64,000 bases of DNA from an uncultured delta proteobacterium (GCA_963711835.1 CAVQFQ010000010.1:1-64000), one strand, 5' to 3'. Counted from the stretch's first letter, positions 1 to 10,613 are shown. Made by a program: numbers and translations. The notes: a model not told the origin generated them from the letters alone.

Positions 1-763
1 CACCTACAATCATAGATCCCACCAGGGTACCCGGGAGACTTCCAAACCCGCCGATGACCACCACACAAAAGGCCTGGACAATGACCGCCATATCCATGCC
101 GAGGGTGATCGAACCCACCGGGGCCTGAACGGCCCCGGCCAAACCAGCTATAAAGATTCCTAAGACAAACACCCCGGTATAGATCCTGGGGATAGGGATC
201 CCCAAGGCACCGACCATTTCCCGGCTGAAGACCGCGGCCCTGACAATATGGCCGTAGCGGGTTTTTTTCATAAACCACCAGAGGCCTATGGCAATAGCGG
301 CACCGATTAGGATAACGAAGATGAAGTAGGAATCGAAGGGAATACCAAAGAAAAAAACCGGTCCGTGCACGATGGCAGGTCGAACAATGATCCTGTCCTC
401 CACCCCCCAAATGAGCTTTAACAAATCTCCGATGATCAAAACCATGGCATAGGTCAGCAAGAGTTGCTCGGGAAGTTCCCGGTTATAAACCCGGCGAATC
501 AAGACTACCTCGATTAGCCAGCCAATAACAGCCAGGGTCAAAGCCGCCAGCGGGATACTCACCCAAAGGCCAAAGCCATAATTTTGTAGCATAAGCCAGA
601 AGGTATGGCAGAAATAGGCCCCAACCAACCAGAGGGAGGCATGGGCAAAATTAAGAATATTCATAACCCCGAAGATGAGGGACAGGCCCGAGGCGACAAG
701 AAAGAGCATGGTACCCCGGGCCAAGCCACTCATAAATTGCGACATTATCAAAGAAATATCCAT
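1..763 (-). CDS. livH: Branched-chain amino acid ABC transporter permease (LivH-like), runs off the window edge
   Basis: Manual translation from ATG 763: MDISLIMSQFMSGLARGTMLFLVASGLSLIFGVMNILNFAHA (GxxNFAH LivH motif). Lies directly downstream of the binding-protein gene. Confidence 0.85.
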   Translation of the reverse strand, partial: MDISLIMSQFMSGLARGTMLFLVASGLSLIFGVMNILNFAHASLWLVGAYFCHTFWLMLQNYGFGLWVSIPLAALTLAVIGWLIEVVLIRRVYNRELPEQLLLTYAMVLIIGDLLKLIWGVEDRIIVRPAIVHGPVFFFGIPFDSYFIFVILIGAAIAIGLWWFMKKTRYGHIVRAAVFSREMVGALGIPIPRIYTGVFVLGIFIAGLAGAVQAPVGSITLGMDMAVIVQAFCVVVIGGFGSLPGTLVGSMIVG

Positions 764-775
764 CTTTGTTCCTGC

Positions 776-2029
776 TTATTTTTTCTCGTCTTTTCGGGCA
801 GCGATAATTTCGGCTTCAGGACGCCAGGAATCCGGGCCCTTTACCTCAACCAGATCATGGTAGATGGGGAAAGGATATTTGGGATCATCCGCTACCACAC
901 CCATATAAGATGAACAGCTCAGTTGGTTGTCTATCTGTCGGAAATAGAGCTTGCCCCGGGTGGTACTGATGGTCGCTCCTTTCAGGGCATCTTTGACTTT
1001 CTCCGTGTCGATACTTTTCGCCTTCTCAATCCCCTGCTTCAAGGCATAAACGGCATCATATTCCATGACCGCCCAATCGCTGGGATACCGGTCATTTTTG
1101 GCCTTAAAGTTTTTGACAAAATCTGCCATCATGGGGACATCCAGATGGGCAAAGAAGGGTGCCCGGCTCAGTCCCACCAAACCCCGGGTAAGGGTTTTGG
1201 CCTCAACGATCAATTCCGTTACGCTGATCAATGATCCGGGATAAGGAATTTTATCGAAAAATCCATAGGCCTTGGCCTGCTCCATCCAGGCCACGTTATC
1301 CTTGGAAGCCACAGAGCCGATTACAAAATCAGGTTTCTGGGCCATGATGGCCGTAATATAGGAGGTAAACTGCGTTTCTCCCAATGGCGGCCAAAATTCC
1401 TTTTTTAACACTAAATTAGGGGCTATCTCTTTCAGTAGTTTTACCGTATTTTCCTGGGTGGATCGGCCCCACTCATAGTCCGAGGCGATGGTGACGAATT
1501 CTTTCCAGCCTTTCTTTTTGGCCAACTGGGCCACACCCAGAACCACGGCCTTGGCCTGCATGTAGGTGTTGGGAACAACCTGGAAAGTATAGGGACTGAA
1601 ATTAACCTGAGTGATGTTTTCCGAGTTGCTGATGGCGGCGATATGGAGAACTTTATATTCCTGGCAGATTGGTTTGATAGCCACGGCAACAGCGCTGGAA
1701 TAAGACCCCAAGACGCATCGAACCTTGTCTCGTAGGATCAGATCCTTGACCTCTCGGACGCCCACATCCGGCTTGGTCTGATCGTCTTTGATGAATAGCT
1801 TGATCGGATGTTTCCCCAAGAAGCCTCCGCGGGCATTAATCTCATCGACGGCCAGTTTAATGGCATCAACCCCATCTTTGCTATAAAGAGCGCCCGTGCC
1901 GGTTAGGCCTAAAGCGACTCCGAGATTATAAGGCTCTGCCGCCAGACATTTGCTCGCAGGAGTCAATCCCCCCAAGAGTAAAATGGATAAGATAAAGACT
2001 AAGCTTTTTAATTTGATTCGTTTCATCAT
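776..2029 (-). CDS. ABC transporter substrate-binding protein, Liv/PBP type 1 family
   Basis: Signal peptide, LAVDEINARGG and DYEWGRS motifs typical of Leu/Ile/Val-binding family. GGAGG RBS upstream of ATG 2029. Confidence 0.88.
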   Translation of the reverse strand: MMKRIKLKSLVFILSILLLGGLTPASKCLAAEPYNLGVALGLTGTGALYSKDGVDAIKLAVDEINARGGFLGKHPIKLFIKDDQTKPDVGVREVKDLILRDKVRCVLGSYSSAVAVAIKPICQEYKVLHIAAISNSENITQVNFSPYTFQVVPNTYMQAKAVVLGVAQLAKKKGWKEFVTIASDYEWGRSTQENTVKLLKEIAPNLVLKKEFWPPLGETQFTSYITAIMAQKPDFVIGSVASKDNVAWMEQAKAYGFFDKIPYPGSLISVTELIVEAKTLTRGLVGLSRAPFFAHLDVPMMADFVKNFKAKNDRYPSDWAVMEYDAVYALKQGIEKAKSIDTEKVKDALKGATISTTRGKLYFRQIDNQLSCSSYMGVVADDPKYPFPIYHDLVEVKGPDSWRPEAEIIAARKDEKK

Positions 2030-2341
2030 CAAACCTCCTTATTTAAATAGGTGCCTTATAAAAAATTTCTAAAAAATAGAAGAGATTTATTATCTGGCCT
2101 GATGGATCACCTCCCTATTTCTTTTTGGTAATTTATCCTAAATACAAAAGGACCAACCCTGCTTATTCCCAGGAAAGAAAAAAGATGCCTTTTTAATTCA
2201 ATATGGACAAGGCCTGGTCAGTTTTTTATTAATCTTAAATATATTTTTTTGATAAGACAGCAAGCTTATTTGGAAGATAGCCATAATCCCAAAAAAATCT
2301 TATCCAGTTTATTTTAAAAGCCTAACAATAGGAAGTAAAAA

Positions 2342-3197
2342 TTAGCTCTTTTTTTCGGCATAGGTCAGGACCATGCCGCCGTCAAAGAGGAGGTCTCCTC
2401 CGATCAGGTGTTTGGAAAAACGGGAGAAACCAAAGAGAAAAAGGTTGCCCACGTCGATGGGGTTCATCATCTCCTTGATTCTGGAATTTCCCAGCATAAC
2501 CTCCTCGACAACCTGGCTTTCGGAAATGCCCCGCTGTTTGGCCTGGGCCGGGATCTGTTTCAAGGTCAGGGCGGTTTTGACAAAGCCGGTGCTGACGGAA
2601 AAGGAGCGGATTTTTCCGTTTCCTTCAGCGGCGATGGACTGGGTCAGGGCCCGGAGGCCGAATTTCATAATATTGTAGGCCGGCTTATTTAAAGTGCAGA
2701 TATGGGCGTGGATGGAGGTCATGTTGCCGATGGCCCCGGTCCCCTTTGGACTTCTTCGTATGTGCGGCAGGACCAGCTTGGAAAGATGAAACGGAGCCCG
2801 AAGCATCAGCCGATGCATATAATCGAATTTCTCCATAGGAAAATCCTCTATGGAGTTGATATGCTGGATCCCGGCGATATTGGCTAAGAATTTGATATGG
2901 ACCCAGTTTGGCCGCTTCGGAAACAGCCTGCTCCAGGTCTTCATCGCGGGTCAGATCGGTTCGGATAAAAATCATCTGCCCGCCCAGGTCCCGGGCCAGC
3001 CGCTGGGTTTTATGACCCTCTTTTTCGTCGATATCCAGCCCGACGGTCATGAGGTTGTTGGCGGCGGCGGCGATGGCCGTGGCCCGACCGATGCCCCCGC
3101 CGGCCCCGGTTACCAGACAGACATGACCGACATGGAAATCGGGATCGGGCAGCGGCAGGATATCTTCTTTTCGGATTTTAGGTTCTTTGATGGTCAT
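2342..3197 (-). CDS. Short-chain dehydrogenase (3-hydroxybutyrate dehydrogenase-like), split by a +1 frameshift near 2899
   Basis: ORF 2685..3197 has VTGAGGGIG. ORF 2342..2944 continues NIAGIQH...YNIMK (YxxxK). One extra base in GGT-CCAT-ATC joins them. Confidence 0.8.
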
Positions 3198-3208
3198 CGG
3201 TTATCTTT

Positions 3209-3494
3209 GATGGACTCGTAAAAAGTTTAGACATCCAGGAAACCGGGAATGGGGGTCTTGTTTTAACGGATTTTCCAAAGGGGGATCCCCTGCGCCAATC
3301 CGGCCCATGTTCTAAAATGGGTTGGAGCCGGGCCTTCATCCAAGCGGGCATACGGCTTTGGCGTTGGCCTGCTTTGGGACTTGTCTTTAAACTTCCTGCC
3401 CGGTTCCGAAGTTCTGAGTTTGGGGCGGAAAATCCTTAAAAGCAAGACCCCCATTCCCATCGTCTGGTTTGAAATTACTTTTTACACCCTTATC
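3209..3494. mobile_element. MITE-like element carrying copy A of the structured repeat family
   Basis: Imperfect ends GATGGACTCGTAAAAAGT / ACTTTTTACACCCTTATC. Flanking direct repeat ATCTTT (3203-3208 and 3495-3500). Internal 32-bp inverted repeat 3245-3276 / 3427-3458. Confidence 0.7.
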
Positions 3495-3553
3495 ATCTTT
3501 AATGAAAGATGAATTTCGGGTTAAAAACAACGATCCGGGACTGCCTTTAAATG

Positions 3554-3569
3554 TGCAAGTAGCAGGCCA
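3554..3569 (-). promoter_or_regulatory. Sigma54 (-24/-12) promoter facing the SDR-ABC genes
   Basis: Minus strand TGGCCTGCTACTTGCA fits TGGCAC-N5-TTGCW spacing. An adjacent sigma54 activator gene is present. Confidence 0.75.
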
Positions 3570-3652
3570 CGATCCGATCAGACCTGAAGGCAGATAACTG
3601 GTTGTATTTTTAGGTTATTTAATCGGTCCGGGAAAAATCCTTTTTGTTAAAG

Positions 3653-3756
3653 TGTAGAATAAAATCTACACTTTTAAACCTACCCGGCAATTATCGTTCA
3701 TTAATAGCCGTTTAAAGTTATGTAGCCTGTTTAATACATGTAGAGAAAAAGCTACA
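3653..3756. promoter_or_regulatory. Three TGTAG-N8-CTACA palindromes, putative enhancer (UAS) sites
   Basis: Sites at 3653-3670, 3721-3738 (1 mismatch) and 3739-3756, about 85-190 bp upstream of the sigma54 promoter. IHF-like site near 3596-3608. Confidence 0.65.
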
Positions 3757-3757
3757 T

Positions 3758-5179
3758 TTAAACGGGAAACCCCGATTTAGCTGAGAGAGGGAGATTCAAT
3801 TTTTTTATTTTCTTGTACAAGGCGGTCCGATGGATACCGAGAACCTGGGCGGCCTGCTTCTTATTAAAACGGGCCTGTTGAATAGCCTCCAGAATAGCTT
3901 CCTTTTCCATTTCTTCCCTGAGCCTCCGGAGCGAGGAGGCCATCAGGGAGCCCAATCCTTTTCCGGCCTTTTGTATAAAAATGGGCAGATGGTGAAACTG
4001 GATAGTGTTTCCGTCAATGGAACAGAGGATTCGCTCCAGGATATTGGCCAGTTCGCGCACATTTCCAGGCCAGGGGAAATTTTCAAGGCGGTCCAGGACT
4101 TCCGGGGCTATATGGGTCACATGGGTGCCCAGGTCCTTGTTCAATTGCCCGATGAGATAATTGGCAATCAGCGGGATGTCCGATTTTCTTTCCTTAAGGG
4201 ACGGGATCTGGATGGGGATAACGTTCAGACGATAATACAAATCCTTTCTGAAAGAACCCTGTTCGACCCGGGCCTCGAGGTTGGTATGGGTGGCGGCGAT
4301 CAGACGAAAATCGGATTTGGTCAGCCGGGTGCCGCCGATTCGTTCAATCTCCTTTTCTTCTATAATCCGCAGAAGTTTGGGCTGCATTTCCAGGGGCAGG
4401 TCTCCGATTTCATCCAGAAAGATCGTCCCCCGGTGGGCCAGCTCAAATTTCCCGGGCTTTCCTTTAGGTCCGGCTCCGGTAAAGGCCCCGGGTTCGTAGC
4501 CGAACAGTTCGGCCTCTAAAAGATCCTTGGGAATGGCGGCACAATTCAAGCGGATAAACGCATGGGGGCGGCGGCGGCTGGCATGGTGAACGGCATGGGC
4601 AAATAATTCCTTCCCGGTGCCGCTCTCCCCTGAAATCAAAACCGGGGCATTGGTTTGGGCGGCCTTCAGAGCCGTGGCCTTTAAGACCGCCATGCTCTCC
4701 GTTTCTCCAATGATGTTATTTATGGTGTATTTTGAGGAGCGCAGGCTCTCCAGCTCCTTTTCGTAGAGTTTAAGCTGGGACTCCAGATAAGTGAGTTTCC
4801 GGGCCAGGGCCTGGACATCCCGCACATCCTCGAACATCACCTGACCGTAAACGGCAATCACCCGGCCGTCCTTTTGGATGGGGATACGCTGGACCACCAT
4901 ATCCTGGTCTTTGATGCGGTGGGGGTGATTGATCTCCGGGACGCCGCTCCGGGCCACGAGGTGCATCCGGGTATTTTCAATCACCTCCTGGCAGTTCCTG
5001 CCGATCGTCTCCCAAGGGTCGATCCCCAGAAATTGACCGTAGGTTTGGCTGAAAAAAATGATTTTCCCCTCGGGATCGGTGATCATGACGCCGTTGCGGA
5101 TATTATCCAGAACCAGCTCATAAAACTCGAGCTTTCGTTCTAGTTCCTGGATCGTTTTTGAAGAGGCCTTTTTCTGCAA
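3758..5179 (-). CDS. PAS-domain sigma54-dependent transcriptional activator (Fis-type HTH)
   Basis: GESGTGKE, ELFGYEPGAFTGA, FLDEIGD, WPGNVREL motifs and C-terminal HTH. Confidence 0.95.
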   Translation of the reverse strand: MQKKASSKTIQELERKLEFYELVLDNIRNGVMITDPEGKIIFFSQTYGQFLGIDPWETIGRNCQEVIENTRMHLVARSGVPEINHPHRIKDQDMVVQRIPIQKDGRVIAVYGQVMFEDVRDVQALARKLTYLESQLKLYEKELESLRSSKYTINNIIGETESMAVLKATALKAAQTNAPVLISGESGTGKELFAHAVHHASRRRPHAFIRLNCAAIPKDLLEAELFGYEPGAFTGAGPKGKPGKFELAHRGTIFLDEIGDLPLEMQPKLLRIIEEKEIERIGGTRLTKSDFRLIAATHTNLEARVEQGSFRKDLYYRLNVIPIQIPSLKERKSDIPLIANYLIGQLNKDLGTHVTHIAPEVLDRLENFPWPGNVRELANILERILCSIDGNTIQFHHLPIFIQKAGKGLGSLMASSLRRLREEMEKEAILEAIQQARFNKKQAAQVLGIHRTALYKKIKKLNLPLSAKSGFPV

Positions 5180-5446
5180 GGCTGTTCCCCGGCTTTTCCT
5201 TGAGGCCTCCGACGGCGGCCTTATTTTTAAATTTGACTCTGCCTTAAAAAAATATGCTACCTAATTTCTGTATTTTCACAAGGTTTATTTTAAATGATTT
5301 TGCGGCCGTCATGCTGCTGTTGGAAAAGGTCGCCCCTCAGTTGCCGGCCCCGGCGGCCGAATAGGTCCGGGAGGCTGGCGATCCCGGGGGCCGGGCTCTG
5401 GTTATCCAGCCCTGGGAAAGCTGCTATTGCTTCGAGGTCAGCCCGG

Positions 5447-7003
5447 TTAATTCCAATGGGGAAAAATCAAGCTGAAGGTCGTACCTCGGCCGGGATGGGA
5501 GTCCACCTTTAAGAGACCCCCATGTTCGGTAACGATTTTTTGCGTCACCGGGAGCCCCAGACCGGTGCCCCCGGATTCCTTGGTGCTGAAAAAGCGCGTA
5601 AACAACCGACCCTGGACCTCTTCATCCATCCCTTGGCCGTTATCCCGAACCATGAAGAGGACCTTTTCGCCTTGCCTCTCTACGGTAAGTTCCACTAAAG
5701 GGCTTTCCCCTTCGGGATAGACCTTTTCCCGGCAGGCGTCAATGGCATTGCCGACCAGATTAAGCAGGGCCCGTCCTATTTGGGTGGGGTCTACTCGAAC
5801 CGAGAGCCCTTCTTTTCCCTCAGCGACGACCTGTATCCCCTCCTGCCCGGCGGCCTGGGCTACCATCTCCACGGTCTCCCTGGCCAACTGGAGCGGATCG
5901 ACTAGGTGATATTCGGGGGCTCGTTCCCGGCAGTAGCTGAGCATATCCAGGCTGAGATTATTGATCCGGGCCACGCCCTTTTGAACCGTTTCCCAGCCTT
6001 CCTCAACTAATTCCTTTTTGTCCCGTTTGAGCCCCACGGTGATCAAATAGGCGCCGCCCTTCAAGCCGTTTAAAATATTCTTGATGCAGTGGGCCAATCC
6101 GGCCACCGTCTGGCCGATGGCGGCCAGGCGTTCGTTCTCGATCAGTTGGCGGCGAAGCCTGTTTTCCTCGGTCACATCCTTGCTGATGCCGACCGTTCCC
6201 AGGACCTGGCCGTTTCGATTCCGCAGCAGGGAGAGGGAGAGGCTGATCTCCACCGGTTGCCCGTTTTTGGTGATCAAGGTGGCTTGAAAGTTGTTCACCG
6301 CCCCCTGGCGGTGAACCGCTTCCATTAATCGTTTTCGAGCATCCGGGTTTTTCCAGATTTCTTCGACCGTCCGCCCCAAGACCTCTTCCTGGGAATAACC
6401 CATCATGCGCTCGCCGCCGGGATTGAAGGTGACGATACGTCCCTCCAAATCGGTGGTGATGATCATGTCGGAGGAATGGGTCAGGATATTTTCCAGGTAT
6501 TCTTTGTGCCGGCGCACCTCTTCCTCCAGGGCCACTTCCTCACATTTCAGCTGAAAACGTTCCGCTTCAATCTGCAGCAGGTCCCAGAGCAGGCGCGCCC
6601 CGCGATGATCCATGAAGCTCACTTCCTGGGGTTTGGTCTTGATCACCTCTTCACGGACCTGGTCGGAGCCGGTCAGCTCAATGAGGAAATTCAGACCGGG
6701 GAGATCATAGAGCTTACTGAAATCCGGGGTGGTGAAAATTCCCAGGCGGCGGGCCTGGACCAGGCCGGGGGAATCGGCATGGCGGTCGGCAACGCCCAGG
6801 ATTTCGATCTGCAGGGGGCTGATCTGGTCTTCAACGAGAAGGGTCAGGAGATCATCACAGGCCTTTCCTCCGCCGATAATGGCCATTTTTAGAGGGACCT
6901 GGGCCTGGGTCCCCCGGCGAATCCGGGTTGCTCCTTTGCTTTCCCGGGCCGGGCTTGACGAAAGAAAAGGGATTCCCTCTTTGAACTCCTTGGGGGGGGC
7001 CAT
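5447..7003 (-). CDS. PAS sensor histidine kinase with N-terminal Rossmann-like domain
   Basis: H-box AHCIKN, N-box NAIDA, DNGQG, FFSTK, GTGLGL. N-terminal IIGGG. Start uncertain. Confidence 0.92.
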   Translation of the reverse strand: MAPPKEFKEGIPFLSSSPARESKGATRIRRGTQAQVPLKMAIIGGGKACDDLLTLLVEDQISPLQIEILGVADRHADSPGLVQARRLGIFTTPDFSKLYDLPGLNFLIELTGSDQVREEVIKTKPQEVSFMDHRGARLLWDLLQIEAERFQLKCEEVALEEEVRRHKEYLENILTHSSDMIITTDLEGRIVTFNPGGERMMGYSQEEVLGRTVEEIWKNPDARKRLMEAVHRQGAVNNFQATLITKNGQPVEISLSLSLLRNRNGQVLGTVGISKDVTEENRLRRQLIENERLAAIGQTVAGLAHCIKNILNGLKGGAYLITVGLKRDKKELVEEGWETVQKGVARINNLSLDMLSYCRERAPEYHLVDPLQLARETVEMVAQAAGQEGIQVVAEGKEGLSVRVDPTQIGRALLNLVGNAIDACREKVYPEGESPLVELTVERQGEKVLFMVRDNGQGMDEEVQGRLFTRFFSTKESGGTGLGLPVTQKIVTEHGGLLKVDSHPGRGTTFSLIFPHWN

Positions 7004-7038
7004 TCCCTGATGATCCTTTAGTTGCTAACAGCTTCTAT

Positions 7039-7314
7039 TCTGAGAATTTATCTCTAACTTTCCAAATATCAGGTGTAGGGGGGTCCTATTTTTTAAGTTG
7101 TCCACCCCTAAGCCATGAGTCCCGCCAGGCGGGACAGGCCTACACCCAAGCTGGAAATGGGCTGGGGTGTAGGCCCTGCTCTAAAACAAACTTAGTTATT
7201 CGGGCCGGATAGGGGCTCTTAGTCACCCTTTGGACAACTTAAAAAATAGGACCCCCCTACACCATTTCTTCAGGACTTTAAAAAAATTTCAAATATTTTT
7301 GGTTATGCTTTTCC
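7039..7314. repeat. Structured repeat family copy B (near-identical to copy C)
   Basis: Perfect 33-bp inverted repeat 7072-7104 / 7231-7263 enclosing internal hairpins. Aligns with 16701-16999. Confidence 0.9.
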
Positions 7315-7349
7315 GAGCGATCGTTTCGGGTTTGATTAAATAAAAGTCC

Positions 7350-7820
7350 TTACGAGCCGGATAAGACCTTCCGAACCGTTTCCATAAAAGCCTCCGGTTC
7401 GATGGGTTTTTCCAGGAAGGCCTCGGGCCGGGCATCAATAAATTTGGACAGGACTTCTTCCTCCGGCTGGTCTGGTCCGGATTCCTGGCCGTCCTTGAAG
7501 GTCCGCAGAAGCGAGGGGAGGCCGATCACCCTTTTATAAAGATGTTTCAGGAATTCTCCTTCTCCGGTCAGGATGATGATAGGGATATCTTTAAACTTCC
7601 AGACCTTTTTGAGTTCGTTAAACATGAGGATGCCGCTTTTGCGGGGCATGCGGATATCCAGGACGATCAGGCCGGGATTGACCTCCTGGATTTTCTGAAG
7701 CCCTTCCTCGCCGTTGGCGGCACTGTAAACCTGCCTGAAACCGTTCTCTTCCAGGATGGTGGTCAGATAACGGACATTCTCTCGATCATCATCTACAATC
7801 AGGACCTTGGTATCGGTCAT
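7350..7820 (-). CDS. Single-domain response regulator (receiver)
   Basis: VLIVDDD, LDIRMP, IIILTG and KP motifs. Confidence 0.9.
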   Translation of the reverse strand: MTDTKVLIVDDDRENVRYLTTILEENGFRQVYSAANGEEGLQKIQEVNPGLIVLDIRMPRKSGILMFNELKKVWKFKDIPIIILTGEGEFLKHLYKRVIGLPSLLRTFKDGQESGPDQPEEEVLSKFIDARPEAFLEKPIEPEAFMETVRKVLSGS

Positions 7821-8014
7821 GGGAGCTTCTTTTTGATATAGGGATAACCGGATAAGCCAACTGTTTTTAATTAAACCATAAGATCCGGCCTGACCGCAAG
7901 GGAAAAAATAGATCGATTATAGCTAAGACCTCGATTTTCATCATAATTTTTCCGGAAAGGCGACGAAGCCTCTTTGACCAGGGCCCTTCCGGAAAAACTG
8001 TTTTTCGGATGAGG

Positions 8015-8082
8015 GCTATCAGCGATCAGCTTTCAGCAAAAGCATTTTAAAAATATTGGGTTGAGCTGACTGCTGAACGCTA
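8015..8082. repeat. Heptamer-repeat hairpin (tcagc / gctga arms)
   Basis: gctatcagcgatcagctttcagc ... gctgactgctgaacgct. Same type as 34258-34326. Confidence 0.6.
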
Positions 8083-8118
8083 TATCCGGGAATCTGTGAT
8101 TTCTGGATGGACACCGGA

Positions 8119-8898
8119 TCAGATCTCTTCCCAGTGCGGTTCTCTTTTTTCAATAGAGGCGCTGAAGCCTTCAATCGCCTCGGGCCAAAGGGCCTGGGAA
8201 GCCATCAGTTCCTTGGCGTAATGATAGGCCTGCCGTTCCGGCATATCGATTTGCTGGTAGAAGTGCTGCTTGCCTATACCCAGGACCCGCAGAGGATAGC
8301 GGGCGATCTCTTTGGCCAGCTTCCAGGTTTCCTCTTCCAAGGTATGGTCGGGAACGACCCTATTGACCAGTCCCCAGTCCATGGCCTGCCGGGCGCTGAT
8401 AAAGTTGCCGGTAAAGAGCATTTCCAGGGTTCTCTTCTGGCCGATGGCCCGGCTGACGGCTACCGTGGGGGTGGAGCAGTTGTAGCCGATTTTGGCCCCG
8501 GTCATGGCAAACTGAGCCCCGGTCTCGGCCGCCACTACCAGATCGCAGCCGGCTACCAGATGGCAGCCTCCGGCCATGGCTGTTCCATGGACCTGGGCGA
8601 TGATCGGCTGGGGTATGGCATGCATCAGGGCATACATGTCGATGCAGGTCTGGAAAAGCTCCCGAACATTGGAGATGGGCTGATTGAGGACTTCCAGGCG
8701 GTCATGGCCGGAACAGAAGATGGGGCCGTTGGCCTTGAGAATGATCACCCGGACCGATTTTTTTTCGGCCGCGGTCCGGAAGCAGTCCATCATCTCCAGT
8801 TCCGCTTCCCGGCCCAGGGCATTTCTTTTTTCCGGACGGTTCAGGGTTAAAATGCCGATCCGTTCCTTTTCTTCGTATAAAATGTGCTGGTAGGACAT
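8119..8898 (-). CDS. Enoyl-CoA hydratase/isomerase family protein
   Basis: LNRPEKRNAL, FCSGHD, AMAGGCHLVAGCD crotonase motifs. Confidence 0.92.
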   Translation of the reverse strand: MSYQHILYEEKERIGILTLNRPEKRNALGREAELEMMDCFRTAAEKKSVRVIILKANGPIFCSGHDRLEVLNQPISNVRELFQTCIDMYALMHAIPQPIIAQVHGTAMAGGCHLVAGCDLVVAAETGAQFAMTGAKIGYNCSTPTVAVSRAIGQKRTLEMLFTGNFISARQAMDWGLVNRVVPDHTLEEETWKLAKEIARYPLRVLGIGKQHFYQQIDMPERQAYHYAKELMASQALWPEAIEGFSASIEKREPHWEEI

Positions 8899-8923
8899 GA
8901 CAACTCTCCTTCGGTCTTAGAAT

Positions 8924-9047
8924 TGATACTGGATGCTGGATACTGGTTACTGGATGAAAAAAAAGCGATACTTGATACGAGAAAAAACTTTCACCCTCCA
9001 GGATTATCCGCTAAACGCTATTATCAAGCATCCAGTATCCAGTATCA
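8924..9047. repeat. Heptamer-repeat hairpin (atactgg / ccagtat arms)
   Basis: tgatactggatgctggatactggttactggat ... atcaagcatccagtatccagtatca. Confidence 0.65.
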
Positions 9048-9071
9048 GGTCTTTTCCATCCGCCATCGGAC

Positions 9072-10586
9072 TTATTGTTTCCATTCTTTATCCCGCAGCA
9101 GGCGCCGCAGGGCCTTGCCGGCCGGGGAGCGGGGGATCTCGTCCAGGAATTCCACGGCTGTCGGAACCTTGTAAGGGGCCATCCGGGGCCGGCAATATTC
9201 CCGGATTTCTTCTGTCGTGGCGGTTTCCCCATCCTTAAGCTGAATAAAGGCCTTGGGGGCTTCCCCTCTGACCTCATCGGGAATTCCGACGATCACCAGG
9301 TCCTTGATTTTAGGATGAGCCAGCATCATGTCTTCCACTTCCGAGGGAAAGACCTTTTCTCCCCCGACATTGATCATGTCCTTTTTGCGGTCCACGATAT
9401 AGGCAAAGCCGTCTTCATCCATATAGGCGATGTCTCCGGAATGGAACCAGCCTTCAGCATCAAAGACCTCCCGGGTGGCTTCGGGTTTATTCAGGTAGCC
9501 GTTGGTGACGCAGGTGCCCCGGACACAGAGTTCGCCCTGTTGTCCCGGGGTCACGGTCCGGCCCTTTTCGTCGATTACTTTCATCCGGGCATCGTCCATG
9601 CCTTTGCCGCAGGAACCGAAGCGTGTTTCAGTGTAATGGGCCGTGCTGCCCACACAGGAGACCTCGGTCAGGCCCCAGGCCTCGGCATAGCGCCACTTCA
9701 GCTTCTCCTCCACCTGGCGGATCAGATTTTCCGGCATCTTGGTGGCGGCCGAAAGACAATAGACCACCGAAGAGATATCCCGTTTATCCAGGTCCGGTTG
9801 TTTAAGGAGCACGTTATACATGGGCGGGACCCCCTGGAAAACCGTCGGCTTGAGTCGTTCAATGGCCTCCAGGGCCTGGTCGGGATGGAAACGCTCCACG
9901 GTGATGACTGTGCCGCCCTGGGAAAGCATGCCGAAGGTACCGTTGATCAGGCCCCAGCAGTGAAAAATGGGCGTGGCGACCATGATGGTGTCTTCGGGTT
10001 TAAAATGGATTTTCCCGAATTGGGTGGCATTGTGCCAGACGTTGAGATGGGTGGCCATGACGCCCTTGGGCCGACCGGTGGTTCCGGAGGTGTACATGAG
10101 ATGGCAAAGATCGCTGCCCTTGGTTTCCGGAGGGCTGAACCTCCCGCTGCCTTCAGTCAGCAGGGCATCGAAGGCCGGATAATTTTTTCCTCTTTCCTGG
10201 GTCAGGGTGATGAGGGTCGTCAGGGAAGGGAGCTCTTCCCTGAGGTTTTCGAGGATGGCCAGACGGCCGGTATCCGTCAGGACCGCCCTGGAGCGGCAGT
10301 CCTTTAATATATAGGCCACCTCCTGCTGTCGGAGCATGGCATTGACCACATTGACCGTCAGCCCGGCCCGGGCGCTTCCCAAATATCCGATGATGAGTTC
10401 CGGGAGGCTGGGCAAAAAGAGGGAGAGAACTTCTCCCCGCTTCAAACCCAATTTTTGAAATCCTTCGGCGGCCTGGCTGATGAGGGCATCCAGTTCGGCA
10501 TAGGTCAGACGGCGGTCTGCAAAGATGATGGCGGTCTTTTGCGGTGTTTCCCGTACCTGGCGCTTGATGAGATTGGAGACGTTCAT
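9072..10586 (-). CDS. Acyl-CoA synthetase (AMP-forming, long-chain fatty acid-CoA ligase family)
   Basis: YTSGTTGRPKG, WGLTE, GWFHSGD and RKKDMI motifs. Confidence 0.93.
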   Translation of the reverse strand: MNVSNLIKRQVRETPQKTAIIFADRRLTYAELDALISQAAEGFQKLGLKRGEVLSLFLPSLPELIIGYLGSARAGLTVNVVNAMLRQQEVAYILKDCRSRAVLTDTGRLAILENLREELPSLTTLITLTQERGKNYPAFDALLTEGSGRFSPPETKGSDLCHLMYTSGTTGRPKGVMATHLNVWHNATQFGKIHFKPEDTIMVATPIFHCWGLINGTFGMLSQGGTVITVERFHPDQALEAIERLKPTVFQGVPPMYNVLLKQPDLDKRDISSVVYCLSAATKMPENLIRQVEEKLKWRYAEAWGLTEVSCVGSTAHYTETRFGSCGKGMDDARMKVIDEKGRTVTPGQQGELCVRGTCVTNGYLNKPEATREVFDAEGWFHSGDIAYMDEDGFAYIVDRKKDMINVGGEKVFPSEVEDMMLAHPKIKDLVIVGIPDEVRGEAPKAFIQLKDGETATTEEIREYCRPRMAPYKVPTAVEFLDEIPRSPAGKALRRLLRDKEWKQ

Positions 10587-10613
10587 GACTACCCCCCCAC
10601 TTGGGGCTCTTTA

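Noticed and set aside
2104-2114. GGATCACCTCC, identical to the 16S rRNA 3' end
   Set aside because: No other rRNA sequence surrounds it. On the minus strand it is simply a strong SD-like GGAGGTGATCC in a leader.
7178-7187. GTTTTAGAGC (minus strand), resembling the start of a type II-A CRISPR repeat
   Set aside because: It is only 10 bp, not arrayed with spacers, not conserved in copies A and D, and no cas genes are present. No CRISPR array was found in the window.
9075-10307. Long antisense ORFs (e.g. 9075..10307, 8107..8850, 31888..32688, 35030..35749)
   Set aside because: They are shadow ORFs opposite well-supported genes in GC-rich codon context and have no motifs of their own.
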